DNA from: Myxococcales bacterium
GTDB lineage: Bacteria; Desulfobacterota; Binatia; HRBIN30
Direction of reading: 5' to 3'
DNA: 64,000 nt
NCBI GenBank assembly: GCA_037445065.1
Contig: JBBILD010000011.1
Coordinates: 42,633-106,632, forward strand
The first letter of the stretch is position 1. Every line of letters begins with the position of its first letter. A program made the translations under genes and the position numbers. Below are positions 63,803-64,000 of this stretch, in pieces. Below the pieces are notes generated by a model, which saw only the letters and a program-made list of their open reading frames with translations, did no database searches and was not told the DNA's origin.

Positions 63803-64000
63803 TCGATCCCCTCGGAAAATTGGCCGTTGGTACCCTCCCTGCGGTTCCATCGAGCGACAAACTGCTCAGCGCGCAGGCGCCAACGTGGCTACCACCCTGT
63901 CATGCCTTTCGTCAACCAGAAATCATCCCTCGAGCTATCGAACGAACTGCAAAGCTCGCTTTTCGCAACAGCCGCCCATGGGAAGGCAGAAAGGACATTT

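Overview
GC-rich bacterial chromosomal segment with about 55 coding regions. No rRNA, tRNA, CRISPR array, prophage or IS element could be recognised. Gene content and synteny (hslVU-argBDFG, rimP-nusA-ylxR-infB-DUF503-rbfA-truB, Pro/Thr-linker surface proteins with Cys-containing C-terminal sorting tails) suggest a Deltaproteobacteria-related lineage such as Candidatus Binatia; this is inference only. Housekeeping blocks alternate with envelope and acyl-CoA loci. The most notable observations are: (1) a lipoprotein with three tandem disulfide-type cohesin-like modules, followed by a membrane-anchored single-module partner; (2) an ACL/citryl-CoA-synthetase-like acid-thiol ligase pair clustered with a methylsuccinyl-CoA-dehydrogenase-like enzyme, a ferredoxin and methylmalonyl-CoA mutase/MeaB; (3) a catalytically degenerate HMG-CoA-synthase/DUF35 fusion plus thiolase (PhlABC-like), coupled to two FG-GAP proteins with MYXO-CTERM-like tails; (4) an MMPL/RND transporter carrying a PDZ-like insertion; (5) a full-length dnaA outside the usual dnaN/rpmH context, abutting groSL and preceded by DnaA boxes. 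All calls come from reading motifs by eye; no database searches were run.
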